In this document: positions 42,561-57,007 of the stretch, piece after piece
Layout: every line of letters starts with the position of its first letter
Position numbering within the stretch: position 1 is the stretch's first letter
NCBI GenBank assembly: GCA_964016885.1
Contig: OZ024741.1
Location: 207,948,001 to 208,012,000, forward strand
Length of the DNA: 64,000 nucleotides
Source: Eledone cirrhosa
Lineage: Eukaryota
Direction: 5' to 3'
Notes under the pieces: model-generated
What the model was told of the DNA's origin: nothing
Databases searched by the model: none
The model's input: the letters and a program-made list of their open reading frames with translations, nothing else
Program-made: the position numbers and the translations under genes

Positions 42561-43246
42561 CTGGGTGGGGGTGGGGGTTATAGGTAACTACTACGTTGAC
42601 AGTGTGACGGGGGCCAGAGAGAGGGTTAAAGGTAGTTGGGGTAGGTATGTGGTGGAAAACCATGGTCATGGTGGTAGTTGTGGTAGTAGTGTTAGTGGTA
42701 GTGTTAGAAGATGGGTCGCCAGCAAAATTGGAAGTGCGGCGAAAATAACACTGTGGTCACCTTTGCGGAGAAAGTAGTGTTGTCATTGTTACTGTTGTTG
42801 ATTTTGACGATGATGGTGCTATTTGTTGTAGTTGTTATTTATGGTGTTCATTTTGGTAGTGAGAATGGTGGTGATGTTGATGGTACAGGGGTGGTGGTGG
42901 AGGTATTGGTATTGGTGGTTTTGGTGCTGTTGATGGTGTGGTTGATGGTAGGGGAGTGGTGGTGGAGGAGGTATTGGTAGTGGTGGTTTTGGTGATGTTC
43001 ACTGTCATAGTGGAGACGGTGGTGATGGGTGGCCATTGATTTGTAACACTAAAGATGACATGTTGAAGATGGCCGTCACACTGAGAAGACAAAAATCGAA
43101 TCGGATGTCGATGTACAGTTTTACACGGGCGCATACAGGCACACATATACAGACACATACACGCACACATATACACACATATACACACATATATAGGCTC
43201 ATACACTCACACATATACACACTTACACAGATACGTACATGTCTAT

Positions 43247-43860
43247 ATGGTGGCTGCCAACTCGTTTTCGAGTACGGCCACTACTTTATATCCACGTAGG
43301 AGAACCCCTACCAATGCGCTGAACGAGTGTGACTTTTTAGTCCAGCCAGCGACTTGAAAACTCTGGTACAAACACTACACTTGTGACAATTATTGACACA
43401 TAGTGCTGGGCCCATGGTACCATGTGACGACAAGTGCAGAGAGATCTCCAGATATAAAGCAATGCCTGTGCCGTGAAGCTTTTATAGTGAGCAAAGGCAC
43501 TGCACAAAGCCAGTCCCACTCTCTTAACCAAGATGATATTTACCAAAAAGAAGAACAAGTAAACATCATTGGATACCATCAGAGTTGCAGGTGTTATATC
43601 AGAGTTTTCCTTCTCCTAGAATTCTGCCTTGACAAAGGCTAAGGGGTCATCTCTCCTGGTGATTTTGGATGGCCATTGACTCTTTAGAGCTCCTTTACCC
43701 TTTGACAGGTTTTGTTTTTAGTCCTGCAGGATGTCCAAAGTCACCTTCCTCACCAAGAAACCTTGGTGGGTTGCCAGTTTAGTCGCCAACGACCCGACCA
43801 TGAGACAGGTTGTACTGGGATACATGTTACCAGTAGTACCAACTGGTGACCTGACATGTA
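43247..43860 (-). mobile_element. RTE-like 5' region
   Basis: Minus-strand ctaggagaaggaaaactctga recalls RTE 5' UTRs; related to 22085-22420. Confidence 0.45.
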
Positions 43861-44049
43861 CATATACATACATATATACACACCCATGCACGCATTGTGC
43901 TTCAGTTTGGCCTCAGCTGTGATGTCCACAACGAATTCCGTAATTAAATAACTCACATATACATTAACATACGCACTGAAATACTCATACGTATACGACA
44001 CATGCATACGTTCACACTGTGAATCTACCATATATATACATACTTATCT

Positions 44050-44116
<67 letters not shown>

Positions 44117-44119
<3 letters not shown>

Positions 44120-45066
44120 TAGAAGGGATATTTAATTTGTTGGAAATTCAACAAATATAAATGTTTATAACTGATTCAGAGCACTCGACAAGTTTCTGGA
44201 GTAAATATTCAATGATATTAAATAAATGGAAACTATATTTTTAAAACCATATTTATTCTATTATATATATTTCAAGGGTACCAAAAATTTTGGTACGCTT
44301 TCATCAGATAAAATACAAAGAGTGTTTTATATATTTTGACATAGTCAAGGAAATCATACCTTATCAGTTGAATGTTCTTGGGTAGTGGGATTAAAGGACG
44401 GATATTTCAAACTTATGGATGAATATGCAAATGAATATGTAAATAAGGTTGAGTTATATGATTGAAAAACCGTTATTTTAAACACTATGGCAAGTTTAGA
44501 TATATAATAATAAGAGAGAAAGAAAGAAGAAAGAAAAGGAAAAATAAGAAGAAGGAAAAGGAAAAGGAAGACCACTTATAACGTTAATTTTGGGGAAATA
44601 TATTCGAACATTTATCTATATATTTATATGAAGAATTATGTTTGTAAGTATTTATCTTATTATATTGTAGTGGGTTAAATATATAAATATCTATATACAT
44701 TTTAATAATAGCATATGTATTTTTATTAAAAGGATAATTTGCAATTTTTAGTTGTTTATAATATGAGTTACGAGGGATTTGATTTCGTGTTTTATGTAGA
44801 TAAATAAATAAATAAATAGGTAGTTCCAGTTTTAGGTGGTTGTTCTTAATATGAGTTGCGAGGGACGTTGATATTGTATTTTATGTAAATAAATGTAGTT
44901 AAAATTGAGAATGTTTCAAATTAAATCAACGGAGTTAGGTATAACAAGCCTATATGATCGAAAAAGGAAAGATAACTCCGATTTTGTTTGTTAATCGCTA
45001 GTGTGAGAGCAATCAATCATCCAGTCGAAAGAAACACGAATGTTTAAACATCGTCTTGAATAGGAT
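44117..45066 (-). mobile_element. Family C Naiad 3' UTR/pLTR copy
   Basis: Reverse-complement similarity to about 20030-21270, with the same 3' terminus (..atcccttctact) at (AT)n. Confidence 0.85.
44254..44315 (-). ncRNA. Type I hammerhead ribozyme (family C, intact)
   Basis: Minus strand reads tattttat-CTGATGA-aagcgtaccaaaa-t-ttttggtaccctt-GAAA-tatata-TA-atagaata. Confidence 0.88.
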
Positions 45067-45778
45067 ACATTCTCCCAATAACCGGCTACCATTTCCTTTT
45101 ACCTAATACCCTTCTCCCTTACTCCTCCAGAAGACAATCCCCCGCCTCTTTCTTAAACACGCACACAACATTAGGACTCTTCTCGTTCGCTGAACATCTG
45201 TGAGATATCTGGGTCGGTAACCCGTCCTCAGGGGTCAGACATTTCCACACTGCCGGTCATTCCACACATCAGCTTACTTTATTCGGGTTCGCTTCCTGCA
45301 TCGAACCCCGCAGACACGCGCTGCCAGAGGGATCACATTTTCTATATATGGTAGCTGGAAATTATTCGGCAATTCTAAACAGAATATTAGTCTTCTGACT
45401 TTCTTCGTAGCAAGAATGTGTTTTTTCAATAGCAAGAATTTGTTATTCTCGCCCCATATAATGACGTAATTCTTCTTGCATACATTTCACCCATCTCAGG
45501 AAAACATCTTCTTGCAGCACCGTTATGTTTTCCTGTTTTCTTAAGGCAATATTTGGTCGTAACGATTTGTTAATATTTACTTCAGCGTCTACAGATTGAT
45601 TTTTCTCAGTTTCAAATGTTCCCGCTTAGAGTGAAAGCAGAATTTATTGCGTAATCTGTACTAAAAATTTCATATATATATATGTGTGTGTGTGTACACA
45701 CACACATAGCCTCACACCCACACCCACAAATACACACATACACACACACACAGATATATATATATATATACTAGAGAA

Positions 45779-46206
45779 GAAAAATGCGCAAGCTCAAAAG
45801 AGCCACAGAATGTTATAATAAACCTTCAAAAGTGTGGGACTAGAATTGTTGCTCACACATATTGTAATCATTATCTATCGTACACTCTGTGGCATCCTTT
45901 TATAAAAAAGAGACTCATAGGTAACTCATGGTGACACGATATTTATTTAAGCTAATGTTCAATATCTCATATTAGATGTTTAATAATGATTAATACGAAA
46001 TACACTTAAACAGAATTCTATATTATAAATTCACTTAAATAATTATCGTGTCGTCTTGAGTTCGTTATGAGTATCTTTTTTATAAAAGGATGCCACAGAG
46101 TGTACGATAGATAATGATTACAATATTTTTGAGCAACAACTCTAGTCCCACACTTTTGAAGGTGTATTATAACATTCTGTGGCTCTTTTGAGCTTGCGCA
46201 TTTTTC
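45779..46206. repeat. About 430-bp imperfect palindrome (arms about 170 bp)
   Basis: gaaaaatgcgcaagctcaaaagagccacagaatg... / ...cattctgtggctcttttgagcttgcgcatttttc. Confidence 0.9.
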
Positions 46207-46274
46207 AGGTCTAGTTTAATATTTTTTTATGGCAACGCTTGTAATAACTCTAGTTAAACATGATATATATTAAT

Positions 46275-46390
46275 AATTGTTTCTACTTTTGGCACAAGGC
46301 CAGCAATTATCCCAATGTATTACTGGTGCTTTATTTTATCGACCCCGTAAGGATGAAAGGCAAAGTTAACCTCGGCGGGATTTGAACTCA
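46275..46390 (-). mobile_element. OK-like SINE, 5'-truncated
   Basis: Same core as the other copies. Confidence 0.8.
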
Positions 46391-46874
46391 TTTGAACTAT
46401 ATATTAATAATTATCGTTGTAATGTAATTAGATTATATAATTGTTATTTTGTAAATGATCTTATAAATATTATTGTAAGATGTATAAAAACATTTTCAGA
46501 CTTTTAATATAAACAACTACAAAAAACAATCAATATTAAATAAATATATTTTACATAATAATTGTTTTAGTTGAATTAATAAAAATTAAATATAACATAC
46601 AAATAGTCTAACATAATAATAATAAAATAATCTAACATAAAACGACAATAATATGGACAAATATACAAGTAAATATGATACAACCAATATTATAAGTATG
46701 TTATAACGAACTGAAAAAAAAATAGTTAATATATATTTAAAAAATCATATATAAATTAACAATATAACTTACCAAAACGAGAAAAATATTTTGATGATAA
46801 ACGACGAAATACAGGAGGAAGATTCGAAAGCGAAACGATAAATAAACGTAGATTCTGTTGTTAGTCACTGCGTG

Positions 46875-47009
<135 letters not shown>

Positions 47010-47533
47010 AAGAAAGAAAGTGTATGAGAGAGAGAGAAAGTGAGACGAGTGTGATTAATGATGATTGCTTTATTTTGTCGGATGAGACATGTGAATCTCA
47101 TTGGATCATGGCGACCTTCTCTTGTACAATACGTATGCCACTTCCCCAGGAACCATATTTAAATATCCAATGACAAGCATTCAAGCATCACCAAAGGACC
47201 AGAAATTATTTCAACTTCAAATTTTATATCGGAGAACGTTTTTTCTAGAATTTTCCAATAAAAAGATACCCACAAGTCAGGAGTGAATTTTGGAGTTTAT
47301 ATTTTCCATGTGAATTACTGCGCAAAATATAGGATTTTTCGATATCAAGAGATAATTCTTAACGTGTGTCTGTGTGTACAAGAAATTGTGCTGTCCCCCA
47401 TCCCAGCGGAGGGTTGATGAGTGGCTTGTTTACGTGTGTCCGTTTTACTCCGATTTTCTAGTATCTGTTCTTCTCCTCATCCCCTGTGCTATTTTTTCTT
47501 AGATATATATTTGATATTAATTAATATAATCCT

Positions 47534-47586
<53 letters not shown>

Positions 47587-47709
47587 TGTGTGTGTATGTG
47601 TATTTCTCCAAAATGGCTGATTGAAAACACGTTTTCTTCTCAAAATAATTTTGTTTCCGTTCCTTCTTCTTTTCACCCTATTTTTCTATTACATTTTTTG
47701 TTCTCATTC

Positions 47710-47748
47710 TATCTTCTGATGAAGGACTAGTGTCTGAAACGTTAATAC
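47710..47748 (+). ncRNA. Minimal hammerhead (stem I eroded)
   Basis: CTGATGA-a-ggac-tagt-gtct-GAAA-cg-TTA, in a non-coding insert (about 47585-47830) between (AT)n-rich tracts. Confidence 0.65.
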
Positions 47749-48047
47749 TCTTTTCCTACTATATCAAGCGTTAAAGTAATATCTTTCTATATTGTACTGT
47801 GTCGTTTACTTTGTTATTTTTGTTTACTTTATGCATATATATACAAGCATACAGCCAAATGTATACTTATATATATACATATATATACCTATGTATAATA
47901 TATATGTGTGTATGTTATATATATATATAACAGAGTCAGTGTTGAACAAACAGGTGACGATCGGTAACCGGCACAGCTTTAAATCGGGCAAATCAAGCAT
48001 TATTATTAATGTTTGATATAATCCATACGTACATATGTATGTGTATA

Positions 48048-48114
<67 letters not shown>

Positions 48115-48117
48115 ATG

Positions 48118-48151
<34 letters not shown>

Positions 48152-48777
48152 TATACCTATGTATAATATATATGTGTTTATGTTGTATTATATCTATCTA
48201 TATATATATGTAATTGTTTTATGTAATATGTATTGTAAATTTTAAAACCATACTGTTGAGAGCTTAATTCGTTTTGTGATATTTTGCAATTTTGCAATAA
48301 CACACATACTGAATTCATCTGCCAAAACTAAGGGTTGCCCCCCATGTCAAGCTCCATGTGGGTTTTTATAACGGTCAGTCCTTGGCTTGGGACTGAACTA
48401 AAATCCTCTTGAAAAAGTGACTTCCTTGTTCGATCATCATACCAAAAGCTTAACATTATTTGTCTAAGCAGACAGTTCTTGATTTAGGAGTTGCAGAAAC
48501 CTCATACTGGATATTACCAACCTTCCAGGGGTCCGGGTATAATTTTCAATCATATTTTATTTGTTTGATCCTTATTACTTGGTCGTTTCTAAGTCTGTGC
48601 GGATAATGGCTTAACCATCGTCTCAGTGTGTTTGGCCTTTTAACTTATGTTGTTGCTCTAGTTCACTAGCTTCTATGGAGCGCTTGCCACACATCTCGGA
48701 GTTGTTTTTCACTAATTTCCAATAGCCGAAATACGATTCTCGCTAATTTATATTTATATATATATGTATATATATAT

Positions 48778-48955
48778 AAACGGAAAAAATGAAATGAAAT
48801 TTCATTTCCCACTTTTAGTACGGCTGTTACTTAAATATAAGTATGTACACGTACATACATATATGTATACAGACGTACAGTAGTATCTATATATATATAC
48901 ATACATGCACACACATATATATGTACGTATGGATTCACCGAACATTTATTATAAT
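48778..48955 (-). mobile_element. Family A 3' fragment (no HHR)
   Basis: Reverse complement of about 8270-8450; flanked by (AT)n. Confidence 0.85.
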
Positions 48956-48964
48956 ATATATATA

Positions 48965-49437
48965 TCAATGATATTAATAAATGGAAACTATATTTATAAA
49001 ACCATATTTATTCTATTATATATATTTCAAGGGTACCAAAACTTTTGTACGCTCTCACCAGATAAAATACAGTATCCGAACAGTACCTGAACTGTTAAGG
49101 TCTGATTCCTGGGTATGTCACTATTTATAAAACAAATTTTGTATTTTATCTGATAGCGTACCAAAGTGTTGGTACCCTTGAAATATATATAATAGAATAA
49201 ATATGGTTTTATAAATATAGTTTCCATTTATTAATATCATTGATATATATATATATATATATATATAAGCAAAGAGAAATTCAATTTGTTGGTAATTCCA
49301 CAAATATATTTATAACAGATTCGAAGCACTTGACAGATTTTCTGGAGTATAATATCAATGATATTAATAAATGGAAACTATATTTATAAAACCATATTTA
49401 TTCTATTTTATATATTTCAAGGGTACCAAAACTTTGG
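48965..49437. mobile_element. Three family C pLTR pieces, the first two head-to-head, with mutated HHRs
   Basis: HHR at 49009-49069 (-, core CTGGTGA), HHR at 49142-49199 (+, core shortened to CTGATA), and a partial third copy at about 49265-49437 (-). Confidence 0.85.
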
Positions 49438-49453
49438 TGTGTGTGTGTGTATA

Positions 49454-49620
49454 CCGTATTTCCCGGCGTCGAAGACGCTACTTTTTTCCTAAAATTAGCC
49501 TAAAAAAACTACCATTGCGTCCTGAAGGTCGAAGATTGTTTATTATTTTTTTCAAATTTTGGTTGTCGAAATTAGGGTGCGTTCTCGAGGACGAAGCGTT
49601 TTCGGCGCCGGGAAATACGG
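49454..49620. mobile_element. MITE (pogo/Tc1-mariner type)
   Basis: TIR ccgtatttcccggcg / cgccgggaaatacgg, with TA on the left flank. Confidence 0.75.
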
Positions 49621-49747
49621 TGTATATAAATATATGTACGAACATACACACACATGCACTCACGCACACGCGCACTCACGCATTATACACTTGTGTTCCT
49701 CTGTTCGTATAAGGGCCAAGTAGTAGGTGGTTGTGTAACATGTAATA

Positions 49748-49817
<70 letters not shown>

Positions 49818-51456
49818 GTTATGTAAGAAGATGAGACAAAGAATGGTAAGGAGATGGCTAAGGGTGGTAGAGAGGAAGTTAAAGAGGCTAGAGTCTAGAC
49901 AAAGACTGGCAAGAAGAGGAGAAAGGAGGTTAGAAAAGGGGGAAACGGGTTAGGACGGTTCTGTCAGAAGGTGGGGTATGACGAAATGGTAAAGTTCAGA
50001 ATGGGACGTCTCTGGTCTTGAGTAGCAGAATACAGACAGAGTACTTGCGGGGATATCTATGTGTGTGCCTCCGTGTGTCTATGCTTATGTGTGTGTGTTT
50101 GTATGTGTATGTGTCTCTGTAGGTGTGTATAGGTCTATATGAGAATATCTATGTACGTGTATGTGTCTATACATATATGTGTGTGTGCCTGTGTGTGTGC
50201 GTGTTTGTTCCCTTGGTGTGTGCGCGGGTGTGCGTGCGTGTTTGTTTCCATTGTGTTTGTGTGTGCGTGTTTGTTCCCCCTGTGTGTGTGTGTGTATGGA
50301 GAGAGGGTCCGTTTTTCAGTGTGATTGCGAGGGTCAATATTCTAATGTTTGTCTGTGCGTCACTGTGTGTGCATGCGTGTGTGTATACGTGTATGTGCGT
50401 GTGTGTATGTGTATGTGTGTATATGCATGTGTGTATATGTATGTGTGTGCGTGTGTATGTGAGTGCGTGTGTGCGTGTGCGTGTCCATGTGTGTGTATGT
50501 GTGCGTATGTGTGTATGTGTCTGTATGTGTGTATGTGTGTTTGTATATGTGTGTGTATTTGTGTGTCTGTGTTTGTGGGTCTGTGTGTGTGTGTGTGTGT
50601 ATGTGTGTGTCTGTGTGTGTTCATTAGTGTGATAAACAAGTAGGAGAAAGAGGAAATAAGTGAGGAATGGGGAGAGATGTTTGATAACTGAAGTAGGAGG
50701 TGGGAAGAAAAGAAAGAGAAGAGGTACAATAGTTATCGTTTTTATATGTTTTTTTTCTAAAAGTTTTGTTTCTTTGTTGTTGTTTTTTACTATTTATGTA
50801 ATTTTATTTCTTACTATTTTCCGTCTACTTGCTGGAAACAGCGACCACGTAAATAACGACAACAACGATAGTATCAGCAACAGCAACAATAACAACAACA
50901 ACAACAATCACAAAACAACTATAACAACAACAACAACAACAACGACGGCGACAACGACGGCGACAACAACAAGAACAACAACAATAACAACAGCATCTGC
51001 CACAACAGCACCAACCTTAACAACAACATTAACAAAATAAAATCAACATCAAAAACAATAACTATATCAACCACCACAGCAACAACAATAATAACATGAA
51101 AAATAACAACTACAACAACCATAACAGCAATAACAACAGCATCAGAATCCATAGCATCATCAAGCACAACAACAACAACAATAACAGCAATAACAACATG
51201 TACCCTTAACGCAACTCTCAGACTGTTTTAGTGACAGGCTTCCAAACAGTTAGCACTGATAAAGAGTGAGTGAAACCGAGGCTATGGTAAATGACATTTG
51301 CTCAAGATGCCACACAGTGGGATCAAACCCGGGACCTAATGATTGTTAGGCAAACTCCTTTACTATCGGCGGTACTGTGTCCAGAATGTGATACTAATAA
51401 CTCCATTACAGATATTAATATCCTAAATAAAATAACTGTTTTTACGTGGTCACTTG

Positions 51457-51785
51457 AAGGTGCATGGCTTAGTGGTTAGAGCGTCGGGTTTATAATCGTG
51501 AGGTTTTGAGTTCGATTCTCAGACTAGGCATTGCGCTGATACTTTATTTCACGTTGCTCCAGTTCACTCAGCTGCAGAAATGAGTTGCGACGTCACTGGT
51601 GCTAAGCTATATCGGTCTTTGCCTTTCCCTTGGACATCATCGGTGGTATAGAGAGGAGAGACTGGTATGCATGAGTGACAGCTGGTCTTCCACAGATAAC
51701 ATTGCCTGGACTTGTGTCTCAGAGGAGAACTTTCTAGGTGCCAATCCCATGGTCATTTATGGCCGAAGGGCGTATTACCCTTACT
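51457..51785 (+). mobile_element. tRNA-derived SINE (second family)
   Basis: A box tggcttagtgg and B box gagttcgattc, then actttatttcacgttgctccagttcactcagctg. Confidence 0.8.
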
Positions 51786-52992
51786 TGATTGGCAAGAAAT
51801 AAGTCAAATATACCCTCCAACCACACCACACTGACTTAAATAAGATAACCACACAATGTAGTCTAAGGTATATCTAGACAGAAATGCCGATTGAACAGCA
51901 AAATTAATGACGATTGGTCAGCAGGATCAGAGTCGATCTGTGACTAAAGAACAATAACAAAATTACAAGCCAACTAAGGAATCTCTATGAGATCGCTTGA
52001 TCTACTTGAATTAGGAACCATGTCTAGAATATGCTTGACTGATGAACTTTAATAAAGACGAAACATGTTCTTGGCTCCACTAGTTGAATTTAAAAACCAG
52101 ATCTTCTCCAATCAGAATTATGTGGATTGATCAATTGATTTTATAGGGGAGGTGAATTAGCAAACTCGTTAGAATGATAGCCTTGCGATATTTGTTCTGG
52201 CTATATACAATTCATATTCTTATGAAGTCAAGTTTGCCTTTCATCATTCCGGGGTTGCTAAAATAAAGTACAAGTCCGAGGCAGGGGATCGGAAGAATTG
52301 TTGGAGCTTGGATAAATTACTTCGCAATATTTTATCAGCTCTTTACATTCTGGGTGCTCAGGCAGATGTAGTGAATTTCTCCGTATCTAGTCAACATACA
52401 CGAAGGGTGACAACGGGACACCATAATTGAATTCTTCCATGAAGTCAGCAGAATTCAATTAGCGACTTTATGAAAGGTTTTGTTTGAGCAATTTCTCTTT
52501 ATGGATAGTTTTAGATGTTAAACATCCAAACATGGAGGGATTTTTTTTTACTAACTGCGTGGATAATCTCAGGAGATCAAAGTTTTCCAAACCATGATAT
52601 AACATATGTCGAATTCTACCCAATCTAATATCGATTATCAACCTATATTGATTTAAAGGAAATATTTGTGGAATGCTTGATAAATTGAAATGTCATAAGG
52701 AACGAAAATGTTCCACTCTACACGGCAATTCAAGATATCGATCTCTTCTGTTATTGATCGTTTCTATTTGGTTAATTGTTGCAGACACACACACTCACTT
52801 GTTTCCTCAGATAATGGAATTTATTTCCCTCCACCCTTCATTTAGAGAGTTTCTGTCTCTAACATAAACCCAACCACGAATTTAAGGCAACACCCAACGA
52901 ATTAAGAAGATAACCCATCCCCCACCTCGGGGTCGAATATGTCTTTCATGTCTGAGGCATCAATAAAACTACTACTACTACTACTACTACTA

Positions 52993-53060
<68 letters not shown>

Positions 53061-54065
53061 ATGCCTGGCATGTCAAAGTACATGGGTGTTTCATCCATGT
53101 TTCATCCGTGTTTCTCCATGGCAAAATCAAACATTTTTCTTTCCTTTAACACAAATTTTACAAAATTGTGTACTTTGTCATCAATATCTTTTGGCAGCTT
53201 TTGTGAAATATATGTCTTTTGGCGAAGAGTCAGTCCAAACCTATTCATAAACCTGGTGCACCACCCTGCTGACGATTTAAATTGGGATAAGTGGTACTTT
53301 GGTGCCAGTTGAAGGGCTTTCGTTCTTATAGAAAGTCTTGTAACAATGTGTCAATTTTCCCTGATATATAAAACCCAATCATTTAGCTCTTTTTTAAGAT
53401 CTTGATATGGTGATACTCCAAATCTTACTGCTCTCTTTGATTTAGGCATTTCTCCCAGCTTGTCTTTTTGTTTCCTCCAACCTCTCACCACCTTTTCTGA
53501 CACTCCAAACTCCTTTTCTGCTGATCTATTTCCAAATTCTTCTGCATAACCAACCACCTTTAACTTGAAAACTGTTTAACTTTTTCTCTTACCGGAATTC
53601 ATATTTCTCAGTGAATTATAAAAAAAATTTCAACTATCAACTTTTCTCACTTGCTAATTTTGAAAAGAAACGCCACGTGCAATAATCAGTTTCCTGTTAA
53701 AGTAAATACGTCACAATACGTGTTCATAGCAACGCTAAGACAATGAAATCACATTTTAAATACCGGGTATGCATTTCTATGGATTTTAATGACGGATGGT
53801 TCGGTCAGATAGAAAAAAACGTAAACACTACGAAGTTATAGTAAAAAATTTAAAATCAAGAAATATATGTATAAGAAGGTAGATATATGAAATTATTATG
53901 TTAAATAATAAAAAATATTAACAAAGTTATTTTTATAAATACCCATCGTTGATTAAGTCTATGAAAAATCATTGGTCAGTCTGATGTCGATCGGATAGGT
54001 CGCACCCCAAAAATTTATACTTATTTATCGTTAAAAAAGTGCGACCTATACGCGAGTATATACGG
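53061..54065 (-). mobile_element. pogo/Tigger-like DNA transposon 5' part (DNA-binding domains of the transposase)
   Basis: Terminus ccgtatatactcgcgtataggtcgcac plus TA. Translation LKVVGYAEEFGNRSAEKEFGVSEKVVRGWRKQK..ELNDWV, then FKSSAGWCTRFMNR (HTH-CENPB-like). Sits in (TAC)n. Confidence 0.8.
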
Positions 54066-54135
54066 TACTACTACTACTAGTAGTAGTAGTAGTAGTAGTA
54101 GTAGTTGTTGTTGTTGTTGTTGTTGTTGCTGCTGC

Positions 54136-54194
<59 letters not shown>

Positions 54195-54476
54195 CTTTTG
54201 TCTTTCGTCCTTTTGCCGGTCGATAGATACTCGATTCTAGCCATTTTAGTCTATATATACCCTGTCTTCAAGTTCCAGTAGAGAGCATGGAAGCGCTGTC
54301 CCGATGAGATCCAGTAGCTCAAAATACGCATAGACAGTTGTCCCTCGCTTCTTCTGCTGGAAACCGCTAGACGGTGCTGGCCGTCAGCTTTTCAATATTC
54401 ATAGCTGGACTTTCAAAATGTTTATTTATTAAAGATAGCGTATATCTTTAGATATACGAGATTCACACACACACAA

Positions 54477-54616
<140 letters not shown>

Positions 54617-54654
54617 GTATATGTATATATAGATATATATTTATGTCTATATAT

Positions 54655-55065
54655 TCTTCTTGCGTTTGCTCGATGAGACTGGGGTCATCCTAAGTCAGTG
54701 ATACTGAAGGCATCATTATGTAGAGCCATCCAGATCCACATGTGCCTTCTATCGCTGGCGATCCCGTGCCAGCCCCTCTGCATCCTCCAACTGACATCGA
54801 GCCTTAAGAGAACTTCCTTGATGACATCCTGCCATCTGGTGCGGGGCCTTCCGTGGGGCTTCTTCCAGCCTGTACGGGGCGGATGGCAGCGGGCTGATGC
54901 GTTCGCACACGCAACTCTTTATTGGAAATGTTGTGGTACCATCTGATGTATTCGATGGTGCTCAGGGCTTTCCTATTGAAGCCGTCGATCTTCTTTGCAA
55001 GGGTCTTTCAGAGGGGCCACGTTTCTGCTCCATAGAGGAGACTGGAGTGGATCGACGCTGTGTAG
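54655..55065 (-). pseudogene. RTE-clade LINE fragment
   Basis: Minus-strand PRTGWKKPHGRPRTRWQDVIKE. Confidence 0.6.
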
Positions 55066-55730
55066 ATACTAATAACTGTTTCTACTTTTGGCACAAGGTC
55101 ATCAATTACCCAGTGCGTTACTGGCACTTTATTTTATCGACCCCGTAAGGATGTGTAGATACTAATAACATTAGCAAGAAGTTATATTAGTAGGCAAAGC
55201 AGTACCACTTTACTTAGATCACAGAGCTTATGTTCAAATATCATTGTAAGGATCAAGACTGATCAGATACAGGAGTTTATTGTTTTTTGTTTTCCAGCAA
55301 CAGAATATAATAACTACACTGATATCATCCCAAAACCTGTCCGTGTGTCATTGACACCATTGGATCATAGGTTTCGCCGTGTCATCAAATCGATCACTTC
55401 GCAATCACTGTAGAATACCTTGTGTAAATTGGGTTCAGTAAATATGGATTATGCAGTAGAATGTCGCATATGTATATATATATATATATAAGAAGGTAGT
55501 ACAGCATAATCGAAGCTCTGGTTGCGGGCAAGCTAACAAATGCTGTCGGGAAGTGCAGCCAAAAGCACTCAATAAGGAATTTTACCTTAGAGTTATAACA
55601 TTGTTTAGACAGCTATGCAAATTGAAACCAGCGACCGAAAAGCGAGCCGCTAGGACCAGAACAACGAAAAAACCGACTCAGGGAAAAGTTTGACTGTTAC
55701 CTGGACCATCATGGACATATTACATAATAT

Positions 55731-55915
55731 GTGGATTGGCAGTATCGGTAGAGGGTCGGATGCCATGCTTTGAGGCATAGAGTTATGGCCCTTGCCATTC
55801 TGAGTTCAAATCCCGCCGAGGTTAACTTTGCCTTTCATCCTTACGGGGTCGATAAAATAAAGTACCAGTAATACACTGGGTTATTGCTGGCCTTGTGCCA
55901 AAAGTAGAAACAATT
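55731..55915 (+). mobile_element. OK-like SINE, full length
   Basis: gtggattggcagtatcggtagagggtcgg..ctgagttcaaatcccgccgaggttaactttgcc..gtagaaacaatt. Confidence 0.88.
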
Positions 55916-56459
55916 ATATAACATCTCCACTAGGTTTCTGTAAATCCGAAATCAACAAAATCCAGTTGCAGGGGCCATGCATATATATATATATGCATGG
56001 GGGTGTGGGTAAGGTGTGTGGTTGTGTGTATGTGTGAGTGTGTGTGTGTAGTGTATGTGTGTAGTGTATGTGTGTGCGTGTGTGTGTTTATATAAATGTA
56101 TATATATATATATACATATATATGAAGGGGGCGAATTGTCAGTGATCTATACAAAAAAGTACCAGCTCTGAACTGAAGGTCTCACTTATTTTCTATCACT
56201 GTTTCATTCCTTATCGGGGAGTAATCAACAGTCTTCAGATCTGGAGATTAAAAATGTCCGAGTCATTCCGTATATTGTTACGGCGCACCTATGATCCCAT
56301 CAGGAGTTATGGGTCAAGAAGAAAGGATATATGTGTGTGTGTGTGTGTGTATATATATTTGTATATAAAGTCAAATTGTTAAAGGCCAACTTCAATATAT
56401 GATTGGTCATGATCACATTGTGTTACGCACAAATATTACTCATCGAGAAATATCATGAG

Positions 56460-56544
<85 letters not shown>

Positions 56545-56634
56545 GCGTGTTTGCATGCATATATGTACATATACATAGATAAGTACATATTATATACACA
56601 TACACGTATATATGTATGTATAGGAGCCTGTATG

Positions 56635-56666
<32 letters not shown>

Positions 56667-57007
56667 CGCGGAAGTGGCATTTTTTTTACGTTAGCAGGTA
56701 TATAAAATACTAGAAAGTATACGGAGTAACATTTTTGATTGATTGGTAAATAAATCGATCGTATGACTCAACTAATGTGAAGTTACCTGTCATATATACA
56801 CATGCACCTAGTTTTAATAATTATTACTCATACCACATAGCATATATCAATGCAAAGTTACCTGTCACATGTACCTATGGATATAATGATTCTTACTCAT
56901 TTCACATTAGATAGGCTTATATAAATTATGTATGATGTATGAGAAATACAAGTATGTATGCATGTATGTGTGTATGTATTATTACACACATATATATGGT
57001 TATATAT

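Noticed and set aside
42139-42669. Proline-rich (formin/extensin-like) ORF
   Set aside because: A (GGT)n repeat open in several frames, with no domain or splice evidence.
43690-43860. HDV-like ribozyme at an RTE-like 5' end
   Set aside because: Hairpins are present, but I could not assign the nested double pseudoknot by eye.
45195-45240. Minus-strand CTGAGGA-cgggt..accca-GATA
   Set aside because: GAAA is mutated and there is no stem I partner.
48300-48740. Possible old PLE RT remnant on the minus strand
   Set aside because: Only a faint G..MG.PL..LAD-like trace with frameshifts; too weak to call.
51457-51530. tRNA gene
   Set aside because: A/B boxes only, with no full cloverleaf; it continues into a SINE body.
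52033-52075. CTGATGA-acttt-aat-aaagac-GAAA-catg-TT hammerhead-like core
   Set aside because: Core and palindromic loop are present but stem I does not pair; kept only as a weak candidate.
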